Shown piece after piece: positions 37,936-49,338 of a stretch of 64,000 bases of DNA (positions within the stretch are counted from its first letter, which is position 1; every line of letters begins with the position of its first letter). The notes beneath the pieces are model-generated. The model had not been told where the DNA came from and ran no database searches. It saw nothing but the letters and a program-made list of their open reading frames with translations. The stretch is from an uncultured Candidatus Rokubacteria bacterium. GTDB lineage: Bacteria > Methylomirabilota > Methylomirabilia > Rokubacteriales > DASRDR01. The stretch is from NCBI GenBank assembly GCA_963708025.1, contig CAVPSB010000012.1, positions 224,001 through 288,000 of the forward strand, in the 5' to 3' direction. Made by a program: the position numbers and the translations under genes.

Positions 37936-39039
37936 GTGAGCTCCCCCGACACCGTCTTCTACACACGGGTATTCGGGCTCGTCGCCATCGGCCTGCTGGC
38001 GCTCGCGCTGTTCAGGATCCTCCAGCCGTTCGTCGGGCCGATGCTGTGGGCGCTGCTCCTCGCCTTCATGCTCGCTCCGGCCAACCAGGCGATCCGGCAC
38101 GCGGTGAAGGAGCGGCGGGGGGCCGCCGCGCTGCTCCTGACCCTGGCCACCACGCTGCTCGTGGTGGGCCCCGGCGCGGGGTTGACGGTGGCGTTCGCCC
38201 AGCAGGGGGCGGACCTGATCGGCGTCCTGCAGGAGGTCGCCGCCCGCTACCACATCGGCGAGGCGGCCGATCTCCTCCGGGTGCCGGTGCTGGATCGCGC
38301 CATCCGCTGGCTGAGCCGGTTCGCCCCGATCAGCGTGGGCCAGATCCAGTCCTGGACCGTCGAGGGAGGCCAGGCGCTCCTCCGCGCGCTCGTCGGCGTC
38401 AGCGGCGCGCTCCTGTCCGGAGCGCTCGGGGTCGTCGTCAACTTCGTCCTGATGCTCTTCCTGCTCTTCTTCTTCCTCCGCGACGGCGACGAGATGGCGG
38501 CGCGGGCGATCCGGCTGATCCCGATGGAGCCCGAGCGGAAGGCGCACCTCGCCGGGCACCTGACGGTGGTCACGCGGGCGGTGGTGCTCGGCTCGCTCGT
38601 CACGGCGCTCGTGCAGGGGTTCCTGGTGGGGATCGCGCTGGCCATCGTCGGCCTGCCCTCGCCGGTGGTGTTCGGCGTCTTCGCCGCGATCGCGTCGCTG
38701 GTGCCGCTGGTCGGCACCGCCCTCATCTGGGTGCCGGCCGGCGTCGCCCTGCTGGTGCAGGGCCGGGTGGGCGCCGCGGTGTTCGTGCTGCTGTGGGGCG
38801 CGCTGGCGGTCTCGTCCGCCGACAACTTCGTCCGGCCACTGTTCATCTCGGGCCGCGCCCAGATCTCGACGCTCCCGGTGTTCCTGGGACTGATGGGGGG
38901 GCTCAGCGCCTTCGGCGCCATCGGCATGGTTCTGGGGCCGGTCATCGTGGCGCTCGTCATCGCGCTCCTGGGCTTCGTCGAGGCGTCGCGGGCCGCCGAG
39001 CCGCCGCCCGTGCCGGCCGCGCCCACCGACTCCTCCTGA
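37936..39039 (+). CDS. AI-2E family transporter
   Basis: FFFLRDG, VPLVGTALIWVP, DNFVRP, GG..AFG.IG.VLGP. Confidence 0.92.
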   Translation: MSSPDTVFYTRVFGLVAIGLLALALFRILQPFVGPMLWALLLAFMLAPANQAIRHAVKERRGAAALLLTLATTLLVVGPGAGLTVAFAQQGADLIGVLQEVAARYHIGEAADLLRVPVLDRAIRWLSRFAPISVGQIQSWTVEGGQALLRALVGVSGALLSGALGVVVNFVLMLFLLFFFLRDGDEMAARAIRLIPMEPERKAHLAGHLTVVTRAVVLGSLVTALVQGFLVGIALAIVGLPSPVVFGVFAAIASLVPLVGTALIWVPAGVALLVQGRVGAAVFVLLWGALAVSSADNFVRPLFISGRAQISTLPVFLGLMGGLSAFGAIGMVLGPVIVALVIALLGFVEASRAAEPPPVPAAPTDSS

Positions 39040-39074
39040 GCGGCGGACCGGGGCTCGAATCGGAGGAGGGCCGC

Positions 39075-39488
39075 TCAGGAAGGGGAGAGGGCGGGGTCTC
39101 CTGCCGGGAAGACCCGGGCGATCGGCATCACGATGAAGCCGGCGGCCACCGGCACCTGAACGCGACCGCGGGCGGGGCGATCGCCGAAGGGCCACGCGCC
39201 GATCCGCACGAGCCGGGCGATGCGCCGGCTCACGCTTCGCTGGTCCCGTCCCACCAGCCGTCCGATCTCGCCCTGCCCCCGGATGCCCTGACGCCAGAGC
39301 TCGACGATGGCGCGGTCGATGTCCCGGTGGGCGGCCAGATCGAGTCCGCGCCGGACCGAGAGCCGGAACCGCCCTGGGCCCTCGGGAGGCCCCGAGTGGT
39401 CCGGCTCTCGGCCAGCGGTCCTGAGGGAGCCAGGCCGGGTGGGCTCCTCCCAGGCACCGCGCGATGCGCCGTTCGGCGCGCTCCTCAT
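39075..39488 (-). CDS. Small putative winged-HTH protein
   Basis: IDRAIVELWRQG...GEIGRLVGRDQRSVSRRIARL resembles AsnC-type HTH; ATGA overlap with upstream gene. Confidence 0.5.
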   Translation of the reverse strand: MRSAPNGASRGAWEEPTRPGSLRTAGREPDHSGPPEGPGRFRLSVRRGLDLAAHRDIDRAIVELWRQGIRGQGEIGRLVGRDQRSVSRRIARLVRIGAWPFGDRPARGRVQVPVAAGFIVMPIARVFPAGDPALSPS

Positions 39489-39691
39489 ATGTCCAGGACC
39501 TCGACGACCACGCCCTGCCTCGCCGCGTCCGCTCCACCGCCGCCCCGGATGTCCCAGAGCTCCTGGATGGCCGCGATCAGCCGGGCGCGCGCCTCGCCGA
39601 CGGTCGCGCCTTCGGTGAAGGCGCCGGGGACCTGATCGGTCCACCCCACCCAGTACGTGCCTTCCCTCACGAACTTCGCCTGGATCTGCAT
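39485..39691 (-). CDS. HicB-like (RNase H-like fold) antitoxin domain protein
   Basis: YWVGW...VPGAFTEGAT..EAR..L..AI; GGAGG upstream. Confidence 0.8.
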   Translation of the reverse strand: MQIQAKFVREGTYWVGWTDQVPGAFTEGATVGEARARLIAAIQELWDIRGGGGADAARQGVVVEVLDI

Positions 39692-39840
39692 GTCGCCTCC
39701 GCTGCTGGAAGAGATACGCAGCCGTGGTGCCAAACCGTGGTGCTGTAACGACGCGGGTTTCGGAGCGATCGGACCCGATCGGGCGGTGGTGGTGGTGGAA
39801 ACTTGAGCGGGGTTTCGACACCCGCTAAGATAGCCGGCGG

Positions 39841-42800
39841 GTGCGTGACGTGGATCCCCTGACCCAGCTCATCGGGGAGAGCCCGGCAATCGCGGCCGTG
39901 CGGGACAAGGTCCGGAGGCTGCTCCGGCGCCCGTCCGACTCCGGCCGCCTGCCACCGATCTTCATCCAGGGCGAGACCGGGACGGGCAAGGGCCTGCTGG
40001 CGCGGACGCTTCACGCCGCGAGCCCCCGGGCCGCCTCGCCGTTCGTCAACGTCAACTGTGCCGCGATCCCGGAGACCCTGCTCGAGTCGGAGATGTTCGG
40101 CTTCGAGCGGGGCGCGTTCACCGACGCGCGCCAGGCGAAGATGGGGCTGTTCCAGGCCGCCCATCACGGCACGATCTTCCTCGACGAGGTCGGCCTGCTC
40201 CCGGAGCCGCTGCAGGCGAAGCTCCTCAAGGTGATCGAGGACCACGCGGTGCGCCGGCTGGGCAGCACGAAGAGCGAGCCCATCGACGTGTGGATCGTGG
40301 CGGCGACCAGCGAGGATCTCGTCGCCGCCATGCGGACCCGGCGCTTCCGGGAGGACCTCTACCATCGCATCGCGGTGGTGAACGTCGCGCTGCCGGCGCT
40401 CCGCGAGCGCGGGGCGGACATCGTGCGCCTCGCCAAGCACTTCCTGGACCGCGCCTGCGCCGACTACGGGCTGGCCGGGAAGAGCCTGGCCCCCGAGGCC
40501 GAGGCGGCCCTCCTCGGCTATCCGTGGCCCGGGAACCTCCGCGAGCTGGCCAACGTGATGGAGCGGGTCGCCCTCCTCTCCGAGGCGCTGCGCGTGACCC
40601 GGGAGATGCTGGGGCTGCCGGCCGTCCGGCCCGTCGAGCGGGCGACGCCGTCCGTCCGGGGGCCGCGCTCCTTGCCGACCGCCGGCGCGGGCGCCGAGCG
40701 GGATCAACTCCTGGACGCCCTCCAGGCGGCGGGCTGGAACGTCAGCCGGGCGGCGGCCCGGCTGGGCATCTCGCGCAACACCATCCGCTATCGGCTCGAG
40801 AAGTACCGGATCCAGGCGCCCGGTCCCGCCGACCGGGCGTCCGCCTCGTCACGGTCGGCCCGGCCGCCGGCATCGAAGCGCGCCGCCGGCACCGGCGCCG
40901 ACCCGCTGCGCCTCGCGCCGGCTGCGCGGCCGGATCCGGTGCCGAGCCCGGTGTCGAGTCCGGCGCCGTCTCCGGCGCCAAGTCCGGTGCCGGGCCCGGT
41001 GGGGGGCGGGTGCCAGGTCCGGTGGTAGTCCGGTGGGAGCGCCGGCACGTCACGCTGCTCCGGGCCGTCGTCGGCGGCGCGACGCCGGAGGCCTCCGTCG
41101 CGGATCAGAGCCGCGCCCTGGCCGTGCTCGTCGATAAGGTACAGAGCTTCGGCGGCCGGCTCGAGGCGCTGAGCCAGACCGGCATCCAGGCCGAGTTCGG
41201 GCTCGAGACGTCGCCGGTGACCGAGGACGCTCCCGGGCGGGCGGCCCACGCGGCGATGGCGATGCAGAAGGCGGCGGAGCGCGGCCGGCAGTCGGATCCC
41301 GAACGGCCGGCCGTGCGGATCGCGCTCCACACCGGCGCCTTCCTGGTGGGGCGGGTGGGGGACGCGGCCGAGATCGAGCGGGAGGCCAAGCGGGAGGCGT
41401 GGGCGGTCCTGGAGGCGCTGGCGGGTCGCGTGGAGCCGAACGCGATCGCGGTGAGCGAGGGCGCGGCGAGGTTCCTCGAGCGGCGCTTCGAGCTGGAGCG
41501 CCTGCCGGGCTCGAATGGCGGTGCCTCGCCCGCCTACCGGCTGGCGGGGCGGGAGCGCGCGGGCTTCGGACTCGGGGGGCGGATCACCCGGCTCGTCGGA
41601 CGCCACCAGGAGCTGGCGCTGCTCGAGGGCCGCTGGGTCGCGGCGGCCCGCGGACTCGGCCACGCGGTCGGGATCGTGGGCGAGGCCGGGGTCGGCAAGT
41701 CTCGCCTCGTTCACGAGTTCCGCCACATCCTCGGGCGGCAGGGCGTCCTCCTGCTGCGGAGCCGGTGCGCCGCCCACACCCAGGCCACCGCGCTGGTGCC
41801 GCTCCTCGATCTCGTCAAGGTCCTCGGCCGGATCCGGGAGGACGACCCGCCGGACACCGCCCGCGCCAAGCTGGAGCAGACGCTGGCCGCGGTCGGACTG
41901 GCCGCGAGCCACCAGGCCGCGCTCCTCGAGGTGCTCGGCCTCGTCCCCGCACCGCACGAGTCGCCCCTGGAGCCCGAGGCCCGGCGTCGCCGGACCTTCG
42001 AAGCGCTCGGCGCCCTCGGGCTGACCGGGACCGTCGGCCGCCCGATCGTGATCGTCATCGAGGATCTCCAGTGGGTGGACCGCTCGACCGAGGAGTTCCT
42101 GTCCAGCTTCCTCCCCCGGATCGAGCGGGCGCCAGTCCTGTTCGTCTTCACCTATCGCCCGGAGTACGAGCCGCCGTGGACGAGAGGGCCGTTTTACACG
42201 CGCATCCCGATCCGCGAGCTGACCGAGAGCGAGGCCGCCGAGCTGCTCGGGGCGCTGCTGCCGGCCGGGGTTCCCGAGGCGACCCGGCGAGCGATCCTCG
42301 ACCGGGCCCGGGGCAACGCCTTCTTCCTGGAGGAGCAGGCCCGCGCCGCCGTGGAGCGCGGCGGGCTGGCGCCGTCGGATCCGGTGCCGGACACGATCCA
42401 GGGCGTGATCATGGACCGGATCGACCGGCTGCCCGACACGGCGAAGCGACTCTTGCAAGCCGCGTCCGTCCTGGGTCGGGAGGTCTCGCCGCGCGTCCTC
42501 GAGACGGCGTGGCGCGGGCTGGGATCGGGAGGCGGCGACCTGTCGCTGCACCTCGCCACGCTCGTGCTGAGCGACTTCCTCTACGAGCGGACCGGCGCCG
42601 ACGAGCCGCTCTACGTGTTCAAGCACGGGCTCACCCAGGAGGTGGCCTACGCGAGCCTGCCGGCGGCGGACCGGCGTGGCCTCCACGCGGCGGCGGCCAG
42701 CGCCCTGGAGACGCTGTACGGCGACCGGCTGCCCGAGGTCTACGATCGCCTGGCCTACCACTACGCGCAGACCGATCAGGCCGAGAAGGCCGTGCTGTAC

Positions 42801-44057
42801 CTCACCCGCTTCGCCAAGCAAGCGGCCCGCATCTCCGCCCACGCGGAGGCCATCGCGGCGCTCCGGCAGGCGATCCTGCACATCGAGCGGCTCCCGGCCG
42901 CTCCCGAGCGGGACCGCCGGCTCGTCAACCTGGTGCTGCGCCAGGCGCGGTCGCTCCTGTTCCTCGGCCAGTCGCCGGAGAGCGTCACGCTGCTCCAGGC
43001 CCACGAGGCGCGGCTCGAGAGCCTGGGGGACCCGTCGCTGGCCGGCCGGTTCCACTTCCTGCTCGCCCGGGGCCTGAGCCTGGTCGCCGACCAGGCCCGC
43101 GCCGTGGCCTACGCCGAGCGCGCCATCGAGGAGGCCCGGCAGTGTGGGGACGAGGCCACGCTCGGGAAGGCGTACTACGTCCTGGCCCGCGAGGCATACT
43201 GGGCCGGCCGGCCGGCCGACGCGATCGAGCATGCCCGGGAGGCCATCACGCTCCTCGAGCGGTCGGGCGAGCGCGTGTGGCTGGGGCAGGCCGAGTGGTT
43301 CCTCGGCCTGGGCCAGGCGTTCCGGGGCGAGTTCGAGCCCGCCCTCGAGGGCCTGGCGCGCGTCGAGGCTCTGGGCCGGGAGCTGGACGACGCCAACCTC
43401 GTGAGCTACGCCGCGGTCACGATCGGCGACCTCCGGGCGATGCTCGGTGAGGGGCCGGCCGGCATCGCGGACTGCCGGCGAGGCGTCGAGCGCTCACCGG
43501 ATCCGCTCAACCGGACGGTGGCCCTCGCCTACCTCGGCCACGCCTACCTGGAGACCGGTGATGCGGCGGCGGCGATCCCCCCGCTCGCCGAGGCCCGCCA
43601 GCGGCTCGGCGAGTTCGGGATCCGCCAGATGGAGGCCACGTTCACCACGTGGCTCGGCGAGGCGTGCCTGCTGAGCGGCGACGTGGCCCGGGCGCGGGAG
43701 CTGGCCGAGCACGGCCTGGCGGTGGCTCGCGCGGGCGGCTACCGGGCCGCCCTCGGCTTCGCCGAGCGGTTCCTGGGGCGGGTGCTGCAGGCGGAGGGAC
43801 GGCTGCCGGAGGCGCGCCGGCAGCTCACCGAGGGGCTCGGGAGCTTCGAGAAGAGCGAGGCGCGCTTCGAGGTGGGGCGCACCCACCTGGCGCTGGCCGA
43901 GGTCGCCGGGGCGCTCGGCGAGTCCAAGGCGGCCGCCCGGCACGTGGAGGAGGCGGCGTCGGTGTTCCGGGCCCTCGGCGTCCCCGCCTACGCCCGCCGC
44001 GCCGCCGAACTGGCCCGCCGGCTCGACCTGCCCCTGCCTCCGGGCGCCGTCGCCTGA
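39841..44057 (+). CDS. Sigma54-interacting AAA+ / Fis-HTH / degenerate adenylate cyclase / STAND-type ATPase / TPR fusion, frameshifted near 41000
   Basis: [37 protein letters not shown]; Pro-rich linker; [40 protein letters not shown]; helical repeats. Confidence 0.88.
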
Positions 44058-44121
44058 GGCGCCGTCACGCGCGTCGTTAGGCGGCACGTGGCCAAACCGA
44101 GCGCCCGCGTATACTGTCGAG

Positions 44122-44394
44122 GTGCGATTCGAGTGGGACCCGGCGAAGGCTGCCGCGAACATCCGGAAGCACGGCGTCACGTTCCATGAGGCCGCGAGGG
44201 TACTGGAAGATCCGCTGTCGACCACGTTTCCGGACGACAGTCACTCAGTGGCGGAGCGGCGGTCCGTGACGATCGGGTCATCGTCGCGCGGACGTCTCTT
44301 GGTAGTAGCGCACTCCGAACGAAACGATACCATCCGAATCATCAGCGCCCGGCGAGCGACGCGGCGCGAGCGAGCATTCTATGAAGAACGTTGA
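44122..44394 (+). CDS. brnT: BrnT-family toxin
   Basis: FEWDPAKAAANIRKHGVTF.EA, IRIISARRAT..ER..YE. Confidence 0.93.
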   Translation: MRFEWDPAKAAANIRKHGVTFHEAARVLEDPLSTTFPDDSHSVAERRSVTIGSSSRGRLLVVAHSERNDTIRIISARRATRRERAFYEER

Positions 44395-44689
44395 TCGGGC
44401 TGACGACGAGCTTCGGCCAGAGTACGACTTCGCGTCAATGAAGGGCGGCGTTCGGGGCAAGTACGCCGCGAGGCTCCGCAAGGAAGGACACAATCTCGCC
44501 CTCCTGGAGCCTGAAGTCGCCGCCGCCTTTCCTTCCGATGCAGCTGTGAACGAGGCCCTTCGAGGTGTGCTGAACACTACTCGCGCGGTCCGGGGCAAGG
44601 GCGGGCTGCCCAACAAGGCACTACAGCCGTCGAGCCGCCGTCGGCGTGGTACGCGGAAGCGAAAGCGGCTGCGTGCGGCTCGCGGCTGA
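44381..44689 (+). CDS. Cognate BrnA-like antitoxin; tail reads through attC
   Basis: DELRPEYDF....GVRGKY, LEPEVA.AFP...AVNEALR; overlaps the toxin. Confidence 0.88.
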   Translation: MKNVDRADDELRPEYDFASMKGGVRGKYAARLRKEGHNLALLEPEVAAAFPSDAAVNEALRGVLNTTRAVRGKGGLPNKALQPSSRRRRGTRKRKRLRAARG

Positions 44690-44704
44690 GCGCCAGGGTC
44701 ATCC
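44608..44704 (+). other. Integron attC site (R' degenerate)
   Basis: R'' GCCCAAC; arm GGCACTACAGCCGTCGAGCCGC pairs with GCGGCTCG-CGGCTG-AGCGCC leaving two bulged bases; R' reads GTCATCC; matching GTTAGGC at 44076. Confidence 0.8.
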
Positions 44705-44711
44705 AGCGAAT

Positions 44712-45416
44712 ATGATGACCAGAGACGAGATCCTTTCTGAGATTCGCCGGGCGGCGAGCCAGCGCGGTGGCCGGGTTGGCCTGGCGTCCTTTCTGAAGGC
44801 AACCGGGATCCCTGAGAAGCAGATCCTGGGCAGATACTGGGCCACCTGGAACGAAACTCTCACCGACGCCGGGATCGCGACGACCATCTCCCACCGGCCG
44901 CGTGCTGATGAGAAGCGTGTCCTTGAAGCCGTCGCTCAGCTGGTCCAGCGCCGCAAGAAGTGGCCTACGTACAATGTGTTCTCACTCGAACGTCGTCGCG
45001 ACTCGTCCTTTCCAAGCCTGAAGGTCATTCGACGCCTGCGACAGTCGGGGACCCTTGCGAGCATGCTCCAGGCTCACTGCGCAGATCGTCCAGACCTCAC
45101 CGATGCCGCGAATTTTGCCGCCGCTCACGTCGTGCCTCGCTCGGGCGAGGCCTCCCCGCTTGGGCGTGCGCCCGCTCAAGGGTACGTCTACATGATGCGG
45201 TCCGGCCGGCGCTACAAGATCGGCCATGCCACCTCCCCATCTCGCCGCCATCGTGAGGTCCGCCTGGATCTGCCCGATCCAACGAGCCTGGTCCACTCGA
45301 TCGAGACCGATGACCCTCACGGGATAGAGACCTATTGGCACCGTCGTTTTGACTCGAAACGAGTAATCACCCCCGGAGGTCCTGCGAGGCCGTCTGGAGG
45401 CAAGTCATGGAGGTAG
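44712..45416 (+). pseudogene. GIY-YIG (T5orf172-like) nuclease, truncated at about 45365
   Basis: GYVYMMRSGRRYKIG, IETDDPHGIETYWHRRF; the expected E(W/F)F terminal motif is replaced by unrelated sequence. Confidence 0.75.
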
Positions 45417-45508
45417 AGTTCCTTGACGCCACACCACCGCCGACGACTGACAGTCTGGAAGAGTTGCGAGAATGGTTGCGCCCTCGGATCGATGCAGAAG
45501 AAGGCGAA

Positions 45509-45597
45509 CCCTAACAACTGATTGAGGCCGACAGCGGCGAGCGCTGTGCTCCAGCACTGACAACGGTGCCGCCGCGGCTCAACCAGAAGCACTATGC
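45509..45597 (+). other. Integron attC site (R' degenerate)
   Basis: CCCTAAC containing a stop codon; CTGATTGAGGCCGACAGCGGC pairs with GCCGCCG-CGGC-TCAACCAG with two bulges; R' reads ACTATGC instead of GTTATGC. Confidence 0.72.
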
Positions 45598-45692
45598 GGA
45601 CTGAGCACGTCCCATTGCGTCTCGTCGTCGCCCGATGGCTTCCCGATGTGGCTGGAAGCCCGAGGTTCGACGGGACGTCATGCCGGCGGTAA

Positions 45693-46192
<500 letters not shown>

Positions 46193-46291
46193 ACAGGGTA
46201 CGCGCCGACGCGATTGTCAAGGCTGGCGGTGGCGTGGTAGCGTCACACGGTGCGTATCGTGTCCACAAATGCACGGGACAGGGAGGCGACG

Positions 46292-46732
46292 ATGATCGGG
46301 CGCATGGGGTTGATGAGGGGCGTGGCGATCGGGGCGATGGCGCTGGCGGTGGCCGGCTGCGCGATGTTCGGGGGGAAGGCCTCGCTCTACGAGCGGCTGG
46401 GCGGGCTGCCGTACATCCAGATCGTCGTCGACGACTTCGTCGCCAACGTGGCCGCCGACAGCCGGATCAACAAGCGGTTCGAGAAGACCAACATCCCCGT
46501 CCTCAAGAAACATCTGGTTGACCAGATCTGCCAGGCCAGCGGCGGCCCGTGCAAGTACACCGGGCGCGACATGAAGGCGAGCCACACCGGCATGAAGATC
46601 ACCGAGGCCGAGTGGAACGCCACCGTCGAGGATCTCGTGAAGACCCTCGACAAGTACAAGGTGCCCGAGCAGGAGAAGAACGACCTGCTGGCCTTGCTCG
46701 GCTCGCTGAAGGCGGACATCGTCGGCATCTAG
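46292..46732 (+). CDS. Group I truncated (2/2) haemoglobin, predicted lipoprotein
   Basis: Lipobox VAGC; SLYERLGG, D.RI..RF, GGP..YTGRDM..SH.GM.IT. Confidence 0.92.
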   Translation: MIGRMGLMRGVAIGAMALAVAGCAMFGGKASLYERLGGLPYIQIVVDDFVANVAADSRINKRFEKTNIPVLKKHLVDQICQASGGPCKYTGRDMKASHTGMKITEAEWNATVEDLVKTLDKYKVPEQEKNDLLALLGSLKADIVGI

Positions 46733-46914
46733 GCATCCAGGCCGACGGCGTCCCTCTCCGCTCGACGGGGGACACGGGCCCGACCCCCGGGAGCCGCTCG
46801 GCCACAACTCACCGGGCCGCCGAGAACCGAGGTTCGGGCCGCGGTATTGAATGGCCGCCGGTACGACGAGGGACCGGTGTGATCTTTGTGTGGCATTGAA
46901 CGATCGCGAATCTC

Positions 46915-47667
46915 GTGTCGGTCCGAGCGTTTTACGATGAGCTGGCCCCGTTGTATCACCTCGTCTACGAGGACTGGGAGGCCAGCGTCGCGCGGCAGGG
47001 GACAGCGCTGGCGTCGCTTATCGGTGAGCACTGGGCCGGCACGCGCACGGTGCTCGACGCTGCCGTCGGCATAGGGACGCAAGCGCTTGGACTCCTGGCG
47101 CGAGGCTTTCGGGTAATAGGCTCGGACCTGTCCCGGGGTGCCGTTGATCGAGCCCGGCGCGAAGCCGCGGCGCGGCACCTTCCGCTCGCCTGTCTCGTCG
47201 CCGACTTCGGCGCGCTGCCAGTCCGGACGGCGAGTGTCGACGTCGTCCTCATCTGTGACAACGCCCTCCCGCACCTCGAGACGCCACAGGACATCGAGAC
47301 CGCCCTGGCCGAGTGCTTCCGCTGTGCTCGGCCCGGCGGTGGGTGCTTGATCTCGATGCGCGACTACGGGCCGCCGCCGCCCCCCGGCACCGTCGAGGTA
47401 CGACCATATGGCGAGCGTGTCTGGGCGGGCCGCCGGTACGATGTGCGCCAGGTATGGAGCTGGCGGGGGCCGCACTACGACCTGGCGTTCGAGATCGTTC
47501 CCCTGGATGGATCTGCGGAATCGGCCACGACTCACAAGAGCAGCTACCTCGCGATTCCGGTGGCACAGGTCGTTGAGCTCATGAAGGGAGTCGGCTTCGA
47601 GAGCGTCCGACGCGTGGACGCCCGCTTCTTTCAACCCGTCCTCGTGGGCACCCGTCCCGCGGTCTAA
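46915..47667 (+). CDS. Class I SAM-dependent methyltransferase
   Basis: VLDAAVGIGTQ, GSDLS, DNALPHL, RPGG. Confidence 0.88.
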   Translation: MSVRAFYDELAPLYHLVYEDWEASVARQGTALASLIGEHWAGTRTVLDAAVGIGTQALGLLARGFRVIGSDLSRGAVDRARREAAARHLPLACLVADFGALPVRTASVDVVLICDNALPHLETPQDIETALAECFRCARPGGGCLISMRDYGPPPPPGTVEVRPYGERVWAGRRYDVRQVWSWRGPHYDLAFEIVPLDGSAESATTHKSSYLAIPVAQVVELMKGVGFESVRRVDARFFQPVLVGTRPAV

Positions 47668-47885
47668 CGTTGAGATGACGAATCAGAAAGTCTTCGCCTG
47701 CCTCTTCCGGCTCGATGAGAACTGAGGCGTCAACTCGTAGTCGAATGGCCGGCTAACCTCAGGCGCCATTGGATCGGAGGTGGGCCGGAAGCCAGCGGGC
47801 GGGCGTGACGCCGCTTCAGGTCTTGACGTCAGCGGCCGTCGTGGACGACCCATCGCCGGTGCAGTGGACGGGCTGGTGGGCCCTC

Positions 47886-49338
47886 TCAGGCCAGGGGCGC
47901 CGGGAGGCTGGAGGCGCCCATGAGGTAGGCGTCGACGCCGCGGGCGGCGGAGCGGCCCTCGGCGATGGCCCACACGATGAGCGACTGGCCGCGCTGCATG
48001 TCGCCGCAGGTGAAGACGCCGGGGACGCTGGTCATCCAGCCGGCGTCGCGCCAGACGTTGCCGCGCTCGGTGAGCCGGACGCCGAGATCGGTCGAGCATG
48101 CCGGGGCGCTCGGGGCCGAGGAAGCCCATGGCCAGGAGCACGAGGTCCACGTCGAGCGTGAACTCGGAGCCCGGGACCGGCTTGAAATCGACCCGCCCGC
48201 CGTCGCGCACCATCTCGACCTGCCACCGCGTGGAGCTGGCGGACGCGCCCGCTCGGCGTCGCCGGTGAACCGCTGGGTGGAGACGGCGTAGACGCGCTCG
48301 CCGCCCTCCTCGTGGGCCGAGGAGACGCGGAAGATGTTGGGCCACTGGGGCCACGGGTTGTCGGCGGCGCGGGCGTCGGGCGGGCCGGGGCAGCAGCTCG
48401 AACTGGTGGACGGAGACGGCGCCCTGGCGGTGCACGGTGCCGAGGCAGTCGGCGCCGGTGTCGCCGCCGCCGATGATGACCACGCGCTTGCCCTGGGCCG
48501 TGATGAAGGCCGCGTCGGGGACGACGTCGCCCTCGCAGCGCCGGTTCTGGAGCGGGAGGTAGTCCATCGCGAAGTGGATGCCGGCGAGCTCGCGGCCGGG
48601 CACCGGCAGATCCCGCGGCCAGCAGGCGCCGCCGGCGAGGACGATCGCGTCGAACTCGCGCCGCAGCTCGTCCACCGGCACGGTCACGCCCACGTGGGCG
48701 TTGGTCCGGAAGACGACGCCTTCCTTCTCCATGAGGGCCAGGCGGCGGTCCACGAACCGCTTCTCCATCTTGAACTCGGGGATGCCGTAGCGGAGGAGCC
48801 CGCCGATGCGGTCGGCCCGCTCGAAGACCGTCACCGCGTGGCCGGCGCGGTTGAGCTGGTCGGCGGCGGCCAGCCCGGCCGGCCCCGAGCCGACGACGGC
48901 GACCCGCTTGCCGGTGCGGGCGGCCGGGGGGTGCGGCGTGACCCACCCCTCGTCGAAGGCGCGCTCGACGATCGCCACCTCGACCGCCTTGATCGTGACG
49001 GGGTCGTCGTTGATCCCGAGCACGCACGACCCCTCGCAGGGGGCCGGGCAGAGCCGCCCGGTCCACTCCGGGAAGTTGTTGGTGGCGTGGAGCCGCTCGA
49101 TGGCCTCCGCCCAGCGGTCCCGGTAGACGAGGTCGTTCCAGTCGGGGATGATGTTCCCGAGCGGGCAGCCCTGGTGGCAGAACGGGATCCCGCAGTCCAT
49201 GCAGCGGGCCGCCTGCTTCTCGAGCTCGGGCCGCGGGTAGGGGAGGTAGACCTCCTTCCAGTCGCGGAGCCGCTCGGCGACCGGCCGGGCCGGTGGCTTC
49301 TTGCGCTGGATCTCGAGGAAGCCGGTGACCTTACCCAC
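47886..49338 (-). CDS. gltD: Glutamate synthase small subunit (frameshifts at about 48090-48390)
   Basis: [55 protein letters not shown] in shifted frame. Confidence 0.95.

Noticed and set aside
46860-46900. attC right arm upstream of the methyltransferase
   Set aside because: TGATCTTTGTGT is only vaguely similar; no GTT and no matching left arm
47683-47885. Extended C-terminus of GltD
   Set aside because: Result of frameshifts; the true stop is at 47886-47888 and the remainder is unassignable
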